64,000 bases of DNA from an uncultured delta proteobacterium (lineage in GTDB: Bacteria; Desulfobacterota; RBG-13-43-22). Positions 1-11,967 of the stretch are shown here, piece after piece. The stretch is from NCBI GenBank assembly GCA_963843145.1, contig CAWJJC010000028.1, forward strand, positions 1 through 64,000, given 5' to 3'. Numbering within the stretch: the stretch's first letter is position 1; every line of letters starts with the position of its first letter. Position numbers and translations under genes: made by a program. The notes beneath the pieces are model-generated. The model did not search any database. It was not told the origin of the DNA and worked only from the letters and a program-made list of their open reading frames with translations.

Positions 1-1628
1 AGATTCCAGGTACTAATCCTCGTTGGATTGATCGTGGCCACGCTTTGGTCCACCCCTTCCCTCCAGGCCGCCTCCAACGTCAAATTGAGCGGCGTCATGC
101 CTCTCCTTCGGGGACGTTAATTCATTCCAGATCAGTCCGGACGGCCGGTATGCCGTCTTATCTGGCAGATCAGGACACGGTTGGAGTAAATGAGCTTTAC
201 AGCGTCTTGTTAGGAGGGGGGCTCCCCCATTCGATTGGAATCCCCTTCTTCCCTCCGGTAGAACCGTTATTTCGTTTTCGATCAGCCCGGACAGCAGCCG
301 GGTGGTATATGTGGCCAACCAAGATACGGCTATGGTCCCAGAACTTTACAGCGTCCCCATCGGGGGTCCGGCAGCGGCAGTGACCAAGCTTAACGGGGCC
401 GTGGTGGCCGGCGGGAATGTGAGTGCCTACTTTCTGATCAGCCCGGACAGCAGTCGGGTGGTTTATCGGGCCAACCAACAGACGGCATCTGTCGCTGAAT
501 TATACAGCGCCCCCATCGGGGGTCCGGCGGGGTCCGAGGTCAAGCTCAACGGGGCCCTGGTACCCGGCGGGAATGTGACTTTCTTTCAGGTCAGCCCGGA
601 CAGCAGCCGGGTGGTTTATCTGGCCGACCAACAGATGGATAATGTGGTTGAATTGCACAGCGTCCCCATTGGGGTCCGGCGGGGTCTGGAGTCAAGCTCA
701 ACGGGGCCCTGGTGGCCGGCGGGAATGTACTTACCTTTCAGCTCAGTCCGGATAGCAGACGGGTGGTTTATGTGGCCAACCAAGATACGGCTACCGTCAT
801 TGAATTATACAGCGTCCCCATCGGGGTCCGGCGGGGTCCGGGGTCAAGCTCAACGGGGCACTGGTGGCCGGCGGGAATGTGAATGACTTCTTTCAGATCA
901 GCCCGGACAGCAGCCAGGTGGTTTATCGGGCCGACCAACAGACGGATAATGTCACTGAATTGTACAGCGTCCCGATTGGAGGTCCGGCGGCGGCCGGGAT
1001 CAAGATCAACGGGGCCTTGGTGGCCCTCGGGAGTGTTTATAACTTTCAGATCAGCCCGGATAGCAGCCGGGTGGTTTATCGGGCCAACCAACATACGGCT
1101 ACTGTCTTTGAACTTTACAGCGTCCCGATCGGAGGTCCAGCGGCGGCCGGGATCAAGCTCAACGGGGCCTTGGTGGCCCTCGGGAGTGTTTATAACTTTC
1201 AGATCAGCCCGGATAGCAGCCGGGTGGTTTATCGGGCCAACCAAGATACGGCTACTGTCTTTGAACTTTACAGCGTCCCCATCGGGGGGCCGGCGGGGTC
1301 CGGGGTCAAGATCAACGGGGCCCTGGTGGCCCTCGGGAATGTTAATACCTTTCAGTTCAGTCCGGACAGCAGCCGGGTGGTTTATCAGGCCGACCAAGAT
1401 ACGGCGACCGTCTTTGAACTTTACAGCGTCCCGATCGGAGGTCCAGCGGCGGCCGGAATCAAGCTCAACGGGGCCCTGGTGGCCAGCGGAAATGTGGGTC
1501 TTTTTCAGATCAGTCCGGACAACGGTCGGGTACTTTATGTGGCCGACCAGGACACAAACGATGTCTTTGAACTCTATATGACGTCCAATTATTTACTCCA
1601 CTTGCCTCTTATTCTGAGGCAGGGTTAA
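1..1628 (+). CDS. Secreted 10-repeat TolB/PD40-like beta-propeller protein (paralogue 1), 5' end outside the window, several frameshifts
   Basis: Frame 1 from base 1 reads RFQVLILVGLIVATLWSTPSLQAASNVKLSG (signal peptide). ORF pieces 45-383, 302-886 and 864-1628 carry ~51-aa repeats FQISPDSSRVVYxAxQxTxxVxELYSVPIGGPA. Ends YLLHLPLILRQG*. Confidence 0.85.
120..1580 (+). repeat. Intragenic ~153-bp tandem repeat (propeller blades)
   Basis: The unit starting aactttcagatcagcccggatagcagccgggtggtttatcgggccaaccaa at 1041 recurs almost identically at 1194 (period 153). Ten ISPD-type units in the gene. Confidence 0.9.
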
Positions 1629-1692
1629 GGGGACATTAAATCTACACCGACCTGTTTCAAAGGGATTAATTGCTTTAAGGAGAGGAGAGAAG

Positions 1693-3330
1693 ATGATGAG
1701 AAAGGATTGGCGATACCAAGTGTTTTTTGCGATTGCTTTGACAATGATCGCGCTTTGGTCCACCGCTCCCCTCCAGGCCGCCACCAACGTCAAATTGAGC
1801 GGCGTCATGCCCGCCTTCGGGAATATCACCTATTTCCAGATCAGCCCGGATGGCCGGTATGCCGTCTATGTGGCGGATCAGGACCACGGATGGGGTGAAT
1901 GAGCTTTACAGCGTCTTGTTGGAAGGGGGGCCCCCTGTTCGCTTGAATCCCCCACTTCCCATCGGTAGAAACGTCGTTTCCTTGCAGATCAGCCCGGACA
2001 GCAGCCGGGTGGTTTATAGGGCTAACCAAGATACGGCTACTGTCTATGAGCTGTACAGCGTTCCCATTGGAGGACCGGCGGCGACCGGAACCAAACTCAA
2101 CGGTGCCCTGGTGGCCGGTGGGAATGTTGCTCTTTTTCAGATCAGCCCGGACAGCAGCCGAGTGATCTATTACGCCGACCAACAAACGGCTAATGTCTTT
2201 GAGCTGTACAGTGTCCCCCTCGGAGGTCCGGCAGCCGCCGGAATCAAGCTTAACGTAGAGGTGGGGGTCCTCGGGAATATTGACAGCCTCTTTGTGATCA
2301 GCCCGGACAGCAGCCAGGTGGTTTATCAGGCCCATCAACAAAATGCCGTTATCAATGACTTTGAGCTGTACAGCGTCCCCCTTAATGGTCCGGCAACGGC
2401 CGGAATCATCCTCAACGGGGCACTGGGACCCCTCAGGCAGGTATTATTTTCAGATTAGCCCGGACAGCAGCCGGGTGGTTTACCTGGTCGACCAAGAGAC
2501 GGTGAACATCCGTGAGCTTTACAGCGTTCCGATCAAAGGTCCGGCGGCCGTCGGAATCAAGATCAACGGTCATCTGGTGCCCAATGGGATTGTCTACCAT
2601 TATACGATCAGCCCGGATGGCAGCCGGGTGGTTTATACCGCCGACCAGGAGACGAATAATGTTTTTGAGATTTATAGCGTCCCCCTCGGCGGTCCGGCGA
2701 CGGCCGGGATCAAGCTCAACGAGGCCCTGGGGGCCGGCGGGAGCGTTAATGGCGAATTCTTTGATTAGCCCGGACAGCAGCCGGGTGGTCTATCAGCAGT
2801 CGGTTAACGTCTTTGAGATTTACAGCGTCCCCCTCGGAGGTCCGGCGACGGCCGGGATCAAGCTTAACAAAATCCCCGTACTCAACGCAGTTTTGTCCAA
2901 TTTCAAGATCAGCCCGGACAGCACCCAGTTGGTTTATCTCGCCGACCAGGACACGGTTGGGGTTCAAGAGCTCTACAGCGTTCCTCTGACTGGTCCGGCA
3001 GTGGCCGGAATAAAGCTCAACCGGGCACTGGTACCCCCTGGAAATGCGTTTGATTTAAAGATCAAGTTAATCGGAGAGGTGTTCGATTTCAAGATCGCCC
3101 CGGACAGCAGCCGGGTGGCTTATCGCGCCAACCAGGATACGCCCCACGTCCGTGATCTTTACAGCGTCCCCACCAAAGGTCCGGCGGCCGCCGGAATCAA
3201 ACTCAGCGGCCCTCTGGTGACCGACAGGAATGTGTTTGAATATCAGATCAGCCCGGATAGCGGTCGGACGGTCTATATCGCCGACCAGGATACTGCCGGG
3301 GTCATGGAGCTCTATATGACCTCCTTTTCT
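1693..3330 (+). pseudogene. Secreted 10-repeat beta-propeller (paralogue 2), C-terminal tail cut off by ISL3
   Basis: Signal peptide MMRKDWRYQVFFAIALTMIALWSTAPLQA, same repeats across ORF pieces 1693-3366. Homology stops at ELYMTSFS (3330); the tail VYL(P)LLLNQG* resumes at 4731-4762. Confidence 0.8.
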
Positions 3331-4717
3331 GGTTCTTTCGTGAAAAAGTTGGAAACAAGTCAATAACCAACGGAAACCCTCATAAATAGAGGCGAAAATA
3401 AAATGCATCGGATGTGGACCGTATCTGGTATGGTTAATTTGCCGAAAGAACGATGCCAGAGGTCTAATCCGATGCAATTAGAGACTATCACAGAGTTGCT
3501 CCAGATACCAAATTTTAAAGTCAGCCATGTCATCCGAAACGACCAAACCAGTCTCCATTTTTTGCTGAAACCCATGGAGGAAACTCTGCCGGTCTGTTCC
3601 GGGTGTGGTAGCGCCTACCCCCTCAATCGAGTCTACCAGACCGGGCAGGTCATCGTGGAAGATCTGCGCTTTGCTGGGAAGCGGGTGTTCCTTTACGTGC
3701 CGAAGCGAAAAGTCATTTGTATGGAGGACGGCCGTATTCGGGTAGAGGAATTCGATTGGATCCGTGGCCGGTTTACCCAGCGGTTTGCCGATCAGCTCAC
3801 CCGCCTGACGGCCATCACTACCAACCAGGAAGCCGGCTGGTACCTGGGCTTGGATGACGAGGTCGTTTACCGGATAGACCGGCAGAACCTGGAAGCCCAG
3901 GCCCTTTTGAAACTGGATCCCGTCCCGGTCCCGAAGTATATGAGCGTGGACGAAGTGGCTTGGCAGAAATGGCATAAATACGTCACCAACGTGGTCGATA
4001 TTGAACAACGTAAGGTGATTTGGAATCACAACCACCGGGGTAAAGAGGTCCTCTCCAACTTTTATAGGGCCTTGGGACCCCCAGCCTGCCAACAGATCAA
4101 GGGCGTGGCCAGTGACGGGGCTCAGGGATACTTATCGGCCACTCGGGAACATGCCCCCGAGGCCTTGATCGTCTTGGACCATTTTCATGTCAAAAGCTAT
4201 CTCAATGAGGCGGTCAATACCGTCCGCAATGAGGAACTCAAAAAAGCCCGTCGGCAAAACAACAACGAATTATCCCAGATCCTCCATGGCAATCAGCGCT
4301 TCATTCTGCTGCAGAACAAAGTGACCACTAAAAAGCAGAACCTGTTGAGCAAACTGGCGGATCTCAATGAGCCGGTCTACCAAGCGATGCTATTAAAAGA
4401 GCAATTCCTTTCCATCTACCAGGCTGGGAATTGGAAGACGGCCCGGGTCAATCTTCGGGACTGGATCAAGGCCGCCATCCGGTCCAATCTCCCGCCTTTC
4501 GTAGAGCTGGGATACAAGTTTTTCAGGAAGAGACACTATGTCCTGAACTACTTCCGCTTAAAAATAACCACCGCCATCTCGGAGGGGATTAACAACAAGA
4601 TCAAGCGTCTCAAGCGCATGGCTTACGGTTACCGGGACGTTAAATACTTCTTACTCAAGATCCATCAGCATTGTGGACTGCTCAACCCCAGACTTCAAAC
4701 TTAAAGACGAAAGAGGG
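3331..4717 (+). mobile_element. ISL3-family insertion sequence
   Basis: Imperfect terminal IRs ggttctttcgtgaaaaagttggaa (3331) and ttcaaacttaaagacgaaagaggg (to 4717) around one transposase. No clear target duplication seen. Confidence 0.85.
3472..4704 (+). CDS. ISL3-family transposase
   Basis: Zn-finger CSGCG, SVDE, VASDG, LDHFHV and SEGINNKIKRLKRMAYGYRD motifs typical of DDE_Tnp_ISL3. Confidence 0.95.
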   Translation: MQLETITELLQIPNFKVSHVIRNDQTSLHFLLKPMEETLPVCSGCGSAYPLNRVYQTGQVIVEDLRFAGKRVFLYVPKRKVICMEDGRIRVEEFDWIRGRFTQRFADQLTRLTAITTNQEAGWYLGLDDEVVYRIDRQNLEAQALLKLDPVPVPKYMSVDEVAWQKWHKYVTNVVDIEQRKVIWNHNHRGKEVLSNFYRALGPPACQQIKGVASDGAQGYLSATREHAPEALIVLDHFHVKSYLNEAVNTVRNEELKKARRQNNNELSQILHGNQRFILLQNKVTTKKQNLLSKLADLNEPVYQAMLLKEQFLSIYQAGNWKTARVNLRDWIKAAIRSNLPPFVELGYKFFRKRHYVLNYFRLKITTAISEGINNKIKRLKRMAYGYRDVKYFLLKIHQHCGLLNPRLQT

Positions 4718-4856
4718 CATTTTTTTATCTGTTTATCTCCTCTGCTTCTAAATCAGGGCTAATAGGGATATGATCTCTAAGTAATTGAAAACTTTAATTT
4801 AATAATGCTCAATTGGATTAAACAGGCAAGCAATCAAGTTTCAGGAGGAGAAAGTT

Positions 4857-6612
4857 ATGGAAAAACAAGGGGCGATTAATAAAAGGGTTCTGCGATGGGT
4901 TGTAGGGGGTCTTTTTTTGGTTTTAAGCACCTTTCCTGGATGGCGGACCTTCAGGCCGCCGGCGTGGTCGGCACCGGGACTCCGGCCAGTTGCACCCAAT
5001 TAGCGCTCACATCGGCCCTCACCGGCGGCGGAACCGTTACCTTCAACTGCGGCGGGGCGGCGACAATCCTGGTGCTCAGCCGGATGAACATTACCGCGGA
5101 TACGGTTATTGAAGGCGGAGGTGCGATCACCGTCACCGGCGGATTAACCACCGGCCTTGTTTTACGTGATGGGGACCTCGCTGACCTTAAACGACATCAC
5201 GCTTGACGCCGCCTATGCCACGGATGGCGACGGCAGCGCGATTCGGGCCAGCGGACCTTTGACACTGAATAATGTCACCATTCAGAACAGCCAGACCACC
5301 GCTGCCTATTGCGGAGCAGCGATCTGGTCTAACAGTACGGTCAACATTTCCAACAGCACGTTCAACAAAAATACCGGAGGATCCGGTGGCGGGGCGATTT
5401 GCTCTGGATCGATCAATCCCACCACAATCCTGATCACGAATAGCAGCTTCACCAATAATAAAACGGTGGACCCCGTCCTTGGATTTGGCGGCGCGATTTT
5501 GGTAAACAATAATGCCAACTTGACCGTCGTGGACACTAGTTTCACCAGCAACTCGGCGCACTTTGGCGGCGCCCTTGCCGTTCGGCAAGGTGGAACGGCT
5601 ACCCTCCGCACCCAGAACCCCGCCAACAAGGTCCTTTTTCTAACCAACTCCGCCACGGAAGACGGCGGCGCTATCTATAACCAGGGGACACTGTCCATTT
5701 ACCAGGCGGAGTTGAATGCCAACCAGACGCCGCAAAACACACTTCTGGCGGGTTACGGAGGTGGAATCCACAACCAAGGCACCCTCACGCTCCATGACAG
5801 CCTTCTATCGGTAAACTTGGGCCGTTACGGAGGGGGGTTGTTCGTTGGGAACAACCCGAATGCCCAGGCGGAGGTGCAGCGAACAAGATTCGATCTAAAT
5901 TCGGCGGGTTTGTTCGGCGGCGGACTTTACACCAATACCGGTGGCAATGTTACGGTGGCGAACAGTTCCTTCAGGCTTAATAAAGCCGCCAGTGGCGCAG
6001 GAGTGGCGCGTTTCAACGCGCGCCTGGACATTTCCGATTCGTCGATCACCGACAACCAGGCCACCGGGGTCGGCGGCGGATTATATAGCGGAGCCGGACC
6101 GGCCTCCGACCCCACTTTTCTAAGCGCCACCAGTGTGACCATTGGCGGAAACACGGCCGGGGGAAATCTGGGCGGGGGGATTTATACCGCCGGCTACAGC
6201 GTATTTAAGAACCTCACCATCAAAGACAACACCAATGGCCTGTTATAACGATGGAACTTTTGTGACCACCCATTTGGGAAACAGTGTGCTGGATAATCCG
6301 GGGTACACCAATTGTGCCGGCACCGGAACACCGGGGATCAGTCTCGACGGCCATAATCTCTCCACGGACACCAGTTGTGCGGTGGAACAGAACGGCGTGG
6401 TCGTCCAGTTTGGTCCTCGGGAGATCAATGCCAATGGCGTCAATGCAACCCGTTATTACCCGCCTCTGGCCGGAAGCCCGCTGATCAACGCGGCCGCCAA
6501 CTGTCCGACCCTGGATCAGCGCGGCGCTCTGCGTCCGGACACCTGCGACATCGGCGCGGTCGAATACGGAGGATTGGCCTGGAACAATTTTCTACCTCTC
6601 ATCAAGAAATGA
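4857..6612 (+). CDS. Secreted beta-helix adhesin-like protein with choice-of-anchor Q C-terminal domain (frameshifted)
   Basis: RBS aggagg before ATG 4857. N-terminal VVGTGTPASCT...GGTVTFNCG, repeated GGAI/GGGI..N motifs, SPLINAA..CPTLDQRG..R...CDIGAVEY. Ends NNFLPLIKK*. Confidence 0.8.
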
Positions 6613-6664
6613 GGCGCGGCTGAAGGGCCACCATCAATCCGATAAAGGAAAAGAGGGAAAAAAG

Positions 6665-8280
6665 ATGAAGCCCAACCATCTGACCTTCGGAAGAATTGTT
6701 CCCCTTGGTTTCCTGATAGTGATTTTACTATCCGCCTGTCCCTCGATAGCCTCCACCAACCTCAAACTGAGCGGCGCCATGCCGGCCTACGGGGATGTTA
6801 CCGATTTCCTGATAAGCCCGAACGGAAGGGTTGCCGTCTATCAAGCGGACCAAGATTCGGACGGAGTTTTTGAACTCTATGGTGTTCTATTAGGAGGAGG
6901 AAGCCCCGTTCGCCTCAGTTCCCTTCTGGTCACCGGAAAGAGTGTATCCAATTTCGAGATCAGCCCGGACAGTTCCCGAGTGGTTTTTCGGGCAAATCAG
7001 GATACCCAATCCGTGATAGAGCTGTACAGCGTCCCGATCGGAGGACCGGCGACAGCCGTAACCAAGTTGAACGTCCCCCTGCCACTCGGGGGGAGGGCCT
7101 ATGGTAATATCAGCCCGGATAGCCGCCGGGTAATCTATACAGCCGACCACCAGGCCACCGGCGTCTTCGAATTGTTCAGCGTCCCCATCGCGGGGCCGGC
7201 AACAGACGTGATCAAGCTGAACGGCGCCCTGCCCCCAAGCGGCAGGGTGACCTCCTTTGAGATCAGCCCGGATAACAGCCGGGTCCTCTATTTGGCCGAT
7301 CAGGATCAGGCCGGTATCCAAGAATTATACAGCGTTTCACAAGGGGGACCGACAGGGAGCGGGGTGAAGCTCAATGGTAATTTGATCAACGGTGGAAGGA
7401 TAGGCGGTTGGCAGATCAGCCCTGACAGCCGCCGGATCGTCTACCAGGCCGATCAGCAAACCGTCGGCGCCCGTGAGTTGTTCAGTGTTCCCATCGGAGG
7501 ACCGGCGGCTGAGGGCATCAAACTGAACGGCACCCTGGCCCCCGGGGGATATACAGAGGATTTTCAGATTAACGCGGGAAGCACCGTGGTAGTTTACGAT
7601 GCCCGCCAGAACGGCATCCTCGAGCTGTTCAGTATCCCCATCGGAGGACCGACAGGCTCCGAGGTTAAAATTAACGGCGGTGGTAATTTGGATCGTTTCC
7701 GCCTCAGCCCGGATGGGCGTTGGACAATATATATGGCCGACCAACAAACGCCCGGCACACTCGAACTCTTCAGCGTCCCCATTGGAGGGCCGGCGACGTC
7801 AGGGGTTAAACTGAATAGACCCATGGTCCCTGGCGGACATGTATGGTATTTCCTGACCAGTGCGGACAGGAAAGAGGTAGTCTATGTCGCCGATCAGGAC
7901 ATCCCGAGTATTTATGAATTGTATGGTGTCCCCCTGGGGGGACCGGCAGCGTCTGGATTCAAGCTGAACGATATCCTGACCCCTGGTGGTAAGGTGGATA
8001 GTTTTCAGATCGCTCCCAACAGCAACCGGGTAGTCTACTTAGCCGACCAACAAATCCACGGGCTCTCTGAATTATATAGTGTCCCTCTCGGAGGTCCGGC
8101 AGCGGCTGGGATCAAACTCAACGGTACCCTGGCAATGGGCGGGATGTCTCCAGGTTCCAGATCAGCCCGGACAGCGGTCGGGTGGTTTATATCGCCGATC
8201 AGGATACTGCTGGCGTCTCGGAGCTCTATATGACCTCCGATTATTTGCTCCACCTGCCTCTGATCCTGAGGCAGCAATAA
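6665..8280 (+). CDS. Secreted 10-repeat beta-propeller (paralogue 3), one frameshift near 8140
   Basis: 522-aa ORF with signal peptide and the same, more diverged, repeats. The shifted frame continues to ELYMTSDYLLHLPLILRQQ* (stop 8278-8280). Confidence 0.88.
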
Positions 8281-8297
8281 AAAGAAGCGAAAAAAAC

Positions 8298-10436
8298 ATG
8301 GGCCGTTTGATTTATTTATTGATCGTTTGCGGGGTTATGTTGGCAACGCTTGCGCCGATAAACGTGGCGGCCAATACCTACGTCGTGAACAGCATTGCCG
8401 ATGAACCGGATGCCGATTCAGCCGACGGGGTTTGCGCCGGCCCCAGCGGCGGATGTACGCTGCGCGCGGCGGTCATGGAGGCCAATGCCCATCCGGGAGC
8501 GGATTTTATCCTCGTGCCCGCCGGGACTTACGTTTTAACCCGCGTTGGAATCGATGCCAATGCCTCCCGGGGAGACCTGGATATCACCGAAGACCTCACC
8601 ATCCTGGGAATAGGAGGGCCGGTAATCATTGATGCCAACGGCGGTAACACCTTTGATCGGGCCTTTGAGGTTATCTCCGGCTCCCTGACCCTGCAAGACC
8701 TGACCATCCAGAATGGCAACACCACCGGACACGGAGGCGCTATTTATGCCCAAGGCAACCTGTTCCTGACGAACGTGTCGATAATAAACAACACGGCCGC
8801 CTTGAGCGGAGGAGGAATTTACAGCACAGGCTCAATTATCCAGATCGCCTCGAGCCAAATTAAGGGAAACAAGGCCCAGGGCAGTGGCGGCGGGGGAATC
8901 AGCTTGGAGTACATCGGCGTCTCTTTTCCGCAACTCACCATCTCCGGGAGCAGTTTCGTCGGCAATCAGGCCTCAGGGATACTTTCCACCGGTGGCGGCT
9001 TATTAATGTACGGGGTAACCGGCGTCATACAAAACAGCACTTTTCGCAACAATACCGCACAGGGGGATGGCGGAGGTCTGGCCTATATCGGCACCTACAT
9101 CGGGCTGACCCTGAATGTAACCGATTCGCTCTTCGACGGCAACACGGCCGCGGGCAGAGGCGGTGGTTTATATCTTTACGGCCAGACCACGATCCACGCC
9201 AGCCAGGTGGTCAACAATTCCGCTCCGGAGGCCGGTGGTATCTATGCTTTTTACGGAACGCATAGCCTGGATCAGGTCCAAGTGAGCTACAATACGGCCA
9301 CGGGGCAATACTGTGGGGGTATCGAGCTTGACAACGGTAACCTGGATTTGAATCGAGGGCAGGTGGATCACAACACCGCGATCCAATGGGGAGGTGGGCT
9401 TTGCGCCGGCGGTTCGGGAACGATTCACCTCTCCATAACGGACACCAACATTTTTGAAAATAGTGCCGCGCAGGGCGGCGGGATCTGGACGAGTATAGAA
9501 TTTATCGCCCAAACGAGTGCCATCTACAACAACTACGCTTTGACCGGGGGAGGGATCTATGCCACCGGACTCACCACGCTCAAAAACACAACGATCAGCG
9601 GCAACCGGGCCGGGGAGAACGGCGGCGGAATCTTTGCCGACACCACCGCCACCATAAGCATGAACAGCGTGACCCTGGCCGGCAACTGGGCCCGGACGGG
9701 GTTTCCGGCGTCTGGTAACGGCGGGGGCATTTTTGTCGCCAGTCCGGCAACAGCCAACGCCGCCGACACCCTCATCGCTTTGAACTCCAACTCCCTTATT
9801 GCCATCGCCTACAGCGATTGCTTCGGTGCGCTTAACTCAGGCGGATACAATTTCATCAGCTCCAGCAATGGATGCACGATCACGGGAGATCCTACCGGCA
9901 ATCAGGTGGGAGGGACCGGCCTTTCCAGGATCAATCCGCTACTGGGACCGCTACAGAACAATGGCGGCTACACCCTTACACAGGAACTGCTTACCGGCAG
10001 CCCGGCGATCGATGCCGGAAACAACGCTGTCTGTCCCGCAACCGACCAGCGCGGCATAGCGCGTCCCTATGACGGGAAAGGCAGCGGCACCCCCATATGC
10101 GACATCGGCGCCTATGAAGTCGCCGCGCATATAAGCCAAACGCTGCAATTCGGGCCGATTGCCAATAAACTGCGAACCGATTCGCCGTTCATGGTCACGG
10201 CAACGGCCTCCTCGGGCTTACCCGTCGACTTCAGCTCGAATACACCTTCCATTTGCAGCGCCACCAGTGCCCCCCTGGTCGCCGGGGTAAGTTCGGCGAT
10301 GGTAATTTTGAGCAGCGCGGGGATCTGCACCCTTGTAGGGCAGCAGCCTGGCAATTCGACATTTGATCCGGCCCTGGCCGTGACCCAAACATTCGGCGTG
10401 ACGGCCGACTTGTTTCTGCCGCTGATCTTTAAATAG
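8298..10436 (+). CDS. CSLREA-domain beta-helix protein with choice-of-anchor Q and Ig-like tail
   Basis: Signal peptide; YVVNSIADEPD...CTLRAAVMEAN; GDLDI; GGG repeats; LGPLQNNGG...SPAIDAG...DQRG...CDIGAYE. Ends ADLFLPLIFK*. Confidence 0.9.
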   Translation: MGRLIYLLIVCGVMLATLAPINVAANTYVVNSIADEPDADSADGVCAGPSGGCTLRAAVMEANAHPGADFILVPAGTYVLTRVGIDANASRGDLDITEDLTILGIGGPVIIDANGGNTFDRAFEVISGSLTLQDLTIQNGNTTGHGGAIYAQGNLFLTNVSIINNTAALSGGGIYSTGSIIQIASSQIKGNKAQGSGGGGISLEYIGVSFPQLTISGSSFVGNQASGILSTGGGLLMYGVTGVIQNSTFRNNTAQGDGGGLAYIGTYIGLTLNVTDSLFDGNTAAGRGGGLYLYGQTTIHASQVVNNSAPEAGGIYAFYGTHSLDQVQVSYNTATGQYCGGIELDNGNLDLNRGQVDHNTAIQWGGGLCAGGSGTIHLSITDTNIFENSAAQGGGIWTSIEFIAQTSAIYNNYALTGGGIYATGLTTLKNTTISGNRAGENGGGIFADTTATISMNSVTLAGNWARTGFPASGNGGGIFVASPATANAADTLIALNSNSLIAIAYSDCFGALNSGGYNFISSSNGCTITGDPTGNQVGGTGLSRINPLLGPLQNNGGYTLTQELLTGSPAIDAGNNAVCPATDQRGIARPYDGKGSGTPICDIGAYEVAAHISQTLQFGPIANKLRTDSPFMVTATASSGLPVDFSSNTPSICSATSAPLVAGVSSAMVILSSAGICTLVGQQPGNSTFDPALAVTQTFGVTADLFLPLIFK

Positions 10437-10605
10437 GTTTAGATCAATGAGGAAATCCGTCGCATCCTTAAAATTCTTATGATCATATTTTCACTAAATA
10501 TAATGGCTTTTTTATAAAGAAATACTGGGTTCCCCCTATTTTGTTTCAAAAGAGACACCTTTAATATTATTAAATGGGGTAATTCCCTGGGAAGGAGTAA
10601 AAGCG

Positions 10606-11001
10606 ATGAATCGTGAGCAGGTTTATAAAGAAATCGAGGCGATGTTCGGCCTGGTCCCCAGCATGTTCAAATCCATTCCGGAAGCGACGCTGGAATTGGA
10701 ATGGCAGTTATTCAAAAAGGTCCAGTTCGAAGAGGGTCCTATCCCGAATAAATACCGGGAACTGATGGGGGTGGCTATTGCGGCCGTTTCCAAATGTCGC
10801 TATTGTGCTCTTTTTCATACGGAAATTGCCAAGCTTAACGGGGCGACCGAGGCAGAGATCGAGGATGCGATCCATTATGCGAAATCCAGTGCCGGTTGGA
10901 GCACTTATATCAACGGAATGCAGCTCGATTTTGATACCTTTAAAGCCGAGGTGCTGCAAGCCTGTGCCCATGTCCGTTCGAAAACTTCATCTGGGAAGTA
11001 A
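10606..11001 (+). CDS. Carboxymuconolactone decarboxylase / AhpD-like protein
   Basis: KYRELMGVAIAAVSKCRYCALFH..AKLNGATEAEI matches the CMD/AhpD CxxC core. RBS aaggag. Confidence 0.9.
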   Translation: MNREQVYKEIEAMFGLVPSMFKSIPEATLELEWQLFKKVQFEEGPIPNKYRELMGVAIAAVSKCRYCALFHTEIAKLNGATEAEIEDAIHYAKSSAGWSTYINGMQLDFDTFKAEVLQACAHVRSKTSSGK

Positions 11002-11104
11002 AAGGTATTGAAAGGAAAGAACGGCCATGATCAAGGATGCCTAATTTGACGGAGAGGTTTTATTCAAGGGCCAAAGTCGTACTATCCAGCGGTTAGCGGC
11101 ACCT

Positions 11105-11416
11105 ATGGAATTCGTCTTGCTGCTTCTGATCTATGCTCTGAGCATCGCGCTTACCAGTGTCCTGTGGGCGCACCCGGCGCTATTGACCGGTTGCTACGTT
11201 CTCGTCAGCATTCTCACGCTCCTTAAATGGCACACCAGGGCTGACTTGGTCGCCTATGCCGCCGCCGCCGTTCTTGGACCCTTGGGCGAGGCGGTTGCCG
11301 TTCACTATGGCGCCTGGACCTACACGAATTCCAGCCTTCTGATTCCCCTGTGGCTGCCCCTGCTGTGGGGAGTTGCCGGCTTGTTCCTAAGAAGAATAAC
11401 CTGGATTATGAGTTGA
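11105..11416 (+). CDS. Small integral membrane protein (DUF2878-like)
   Basis: Four hydrophobic segments with GPLGE..V..GAWTY...IPLWLPLLWG. Confidence 0.65.
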   Translation: MEFVLLLLIYALSIALTSVLWAHPALLTGCYVLVSILTLLKWHTRADLVAYAAAAVLGPLGEAVAVHYGAWTYTNSSLLIPLWLPLLWGVAGLFLRRITWIMS

Positions 11417-11767
11417 AAACCACTTTCGTAGCTCCCAACCAGACAGCTCTGGAGCAGATCTTGGCTTCGAAGAGTGGCGGGAGGTAACCACCCAAAAACC
11501 ACACCTATCTTAAGGAGGAAATCGTAGTATTTCTGATCTGCTTTATAGAAATACAGGCTTTGCCCTTAAAAAATACACTGTTTACCTTATTGCTCTCTTT
11601 TAATTTTTTGAATAAATTTTCAATAAAATGGGGTAATTTCTACAACAAGGGGATGTTTGCCCCCCCTACTCCCCCAAGTAACTCGTTTGGGGTTATCCCA
11701 AATTTTCAACCCTGATCTCACAAATCTTCACCAAAGCACGCCCGTTTTTAGACTGAAAGGAGAAGCA

Positions 11768-11940
11768 ATGAAGCCAAATCCTATGATTAAATTCCGGTGG
11801 CTCGGTCGATGGCAAGGTCTCCTCCTGCTGGGGACGCTGTTGGCCAGTAATTTTATTTAGTTCCTGTGCAGGCGGCCGGGCTGGTCGGCAACGGCACGCC
11901 GGCGAGTTGCACCGAATCGGCCTTCGATACTGCTTTAAGC
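11768..11940 (+). pseudogene. 5' remnant of a paralogue of the 4857-6612 adhesin
   Basis: RBS and signal peptide, then VQAAGLVGNGTPASCTESAFDTAL, which mirrors LQAAGVVGTGTPASCTQLALTSAL. Homology ends abruptly. Confidence 0.7.
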
Positions 11941-11967
11941 GAAAGAAATATTTCTTAAGGAGCGCTC

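Noticed and set aside
120-3300. Regular ~150-bp repeats as a CRISPR array or DGR template/variable pair
   Set aside because: The repeats are in-frame protein repeats with no spacers. There is no cas gene or reverse transcriptase in the window, and the differences are not obviously adenine-specific.
13-3477. Repetitive minus-strand ORFs (INHPAAVRADL...)
   Set aside because: They are antisense shadows of the propeller repeats.
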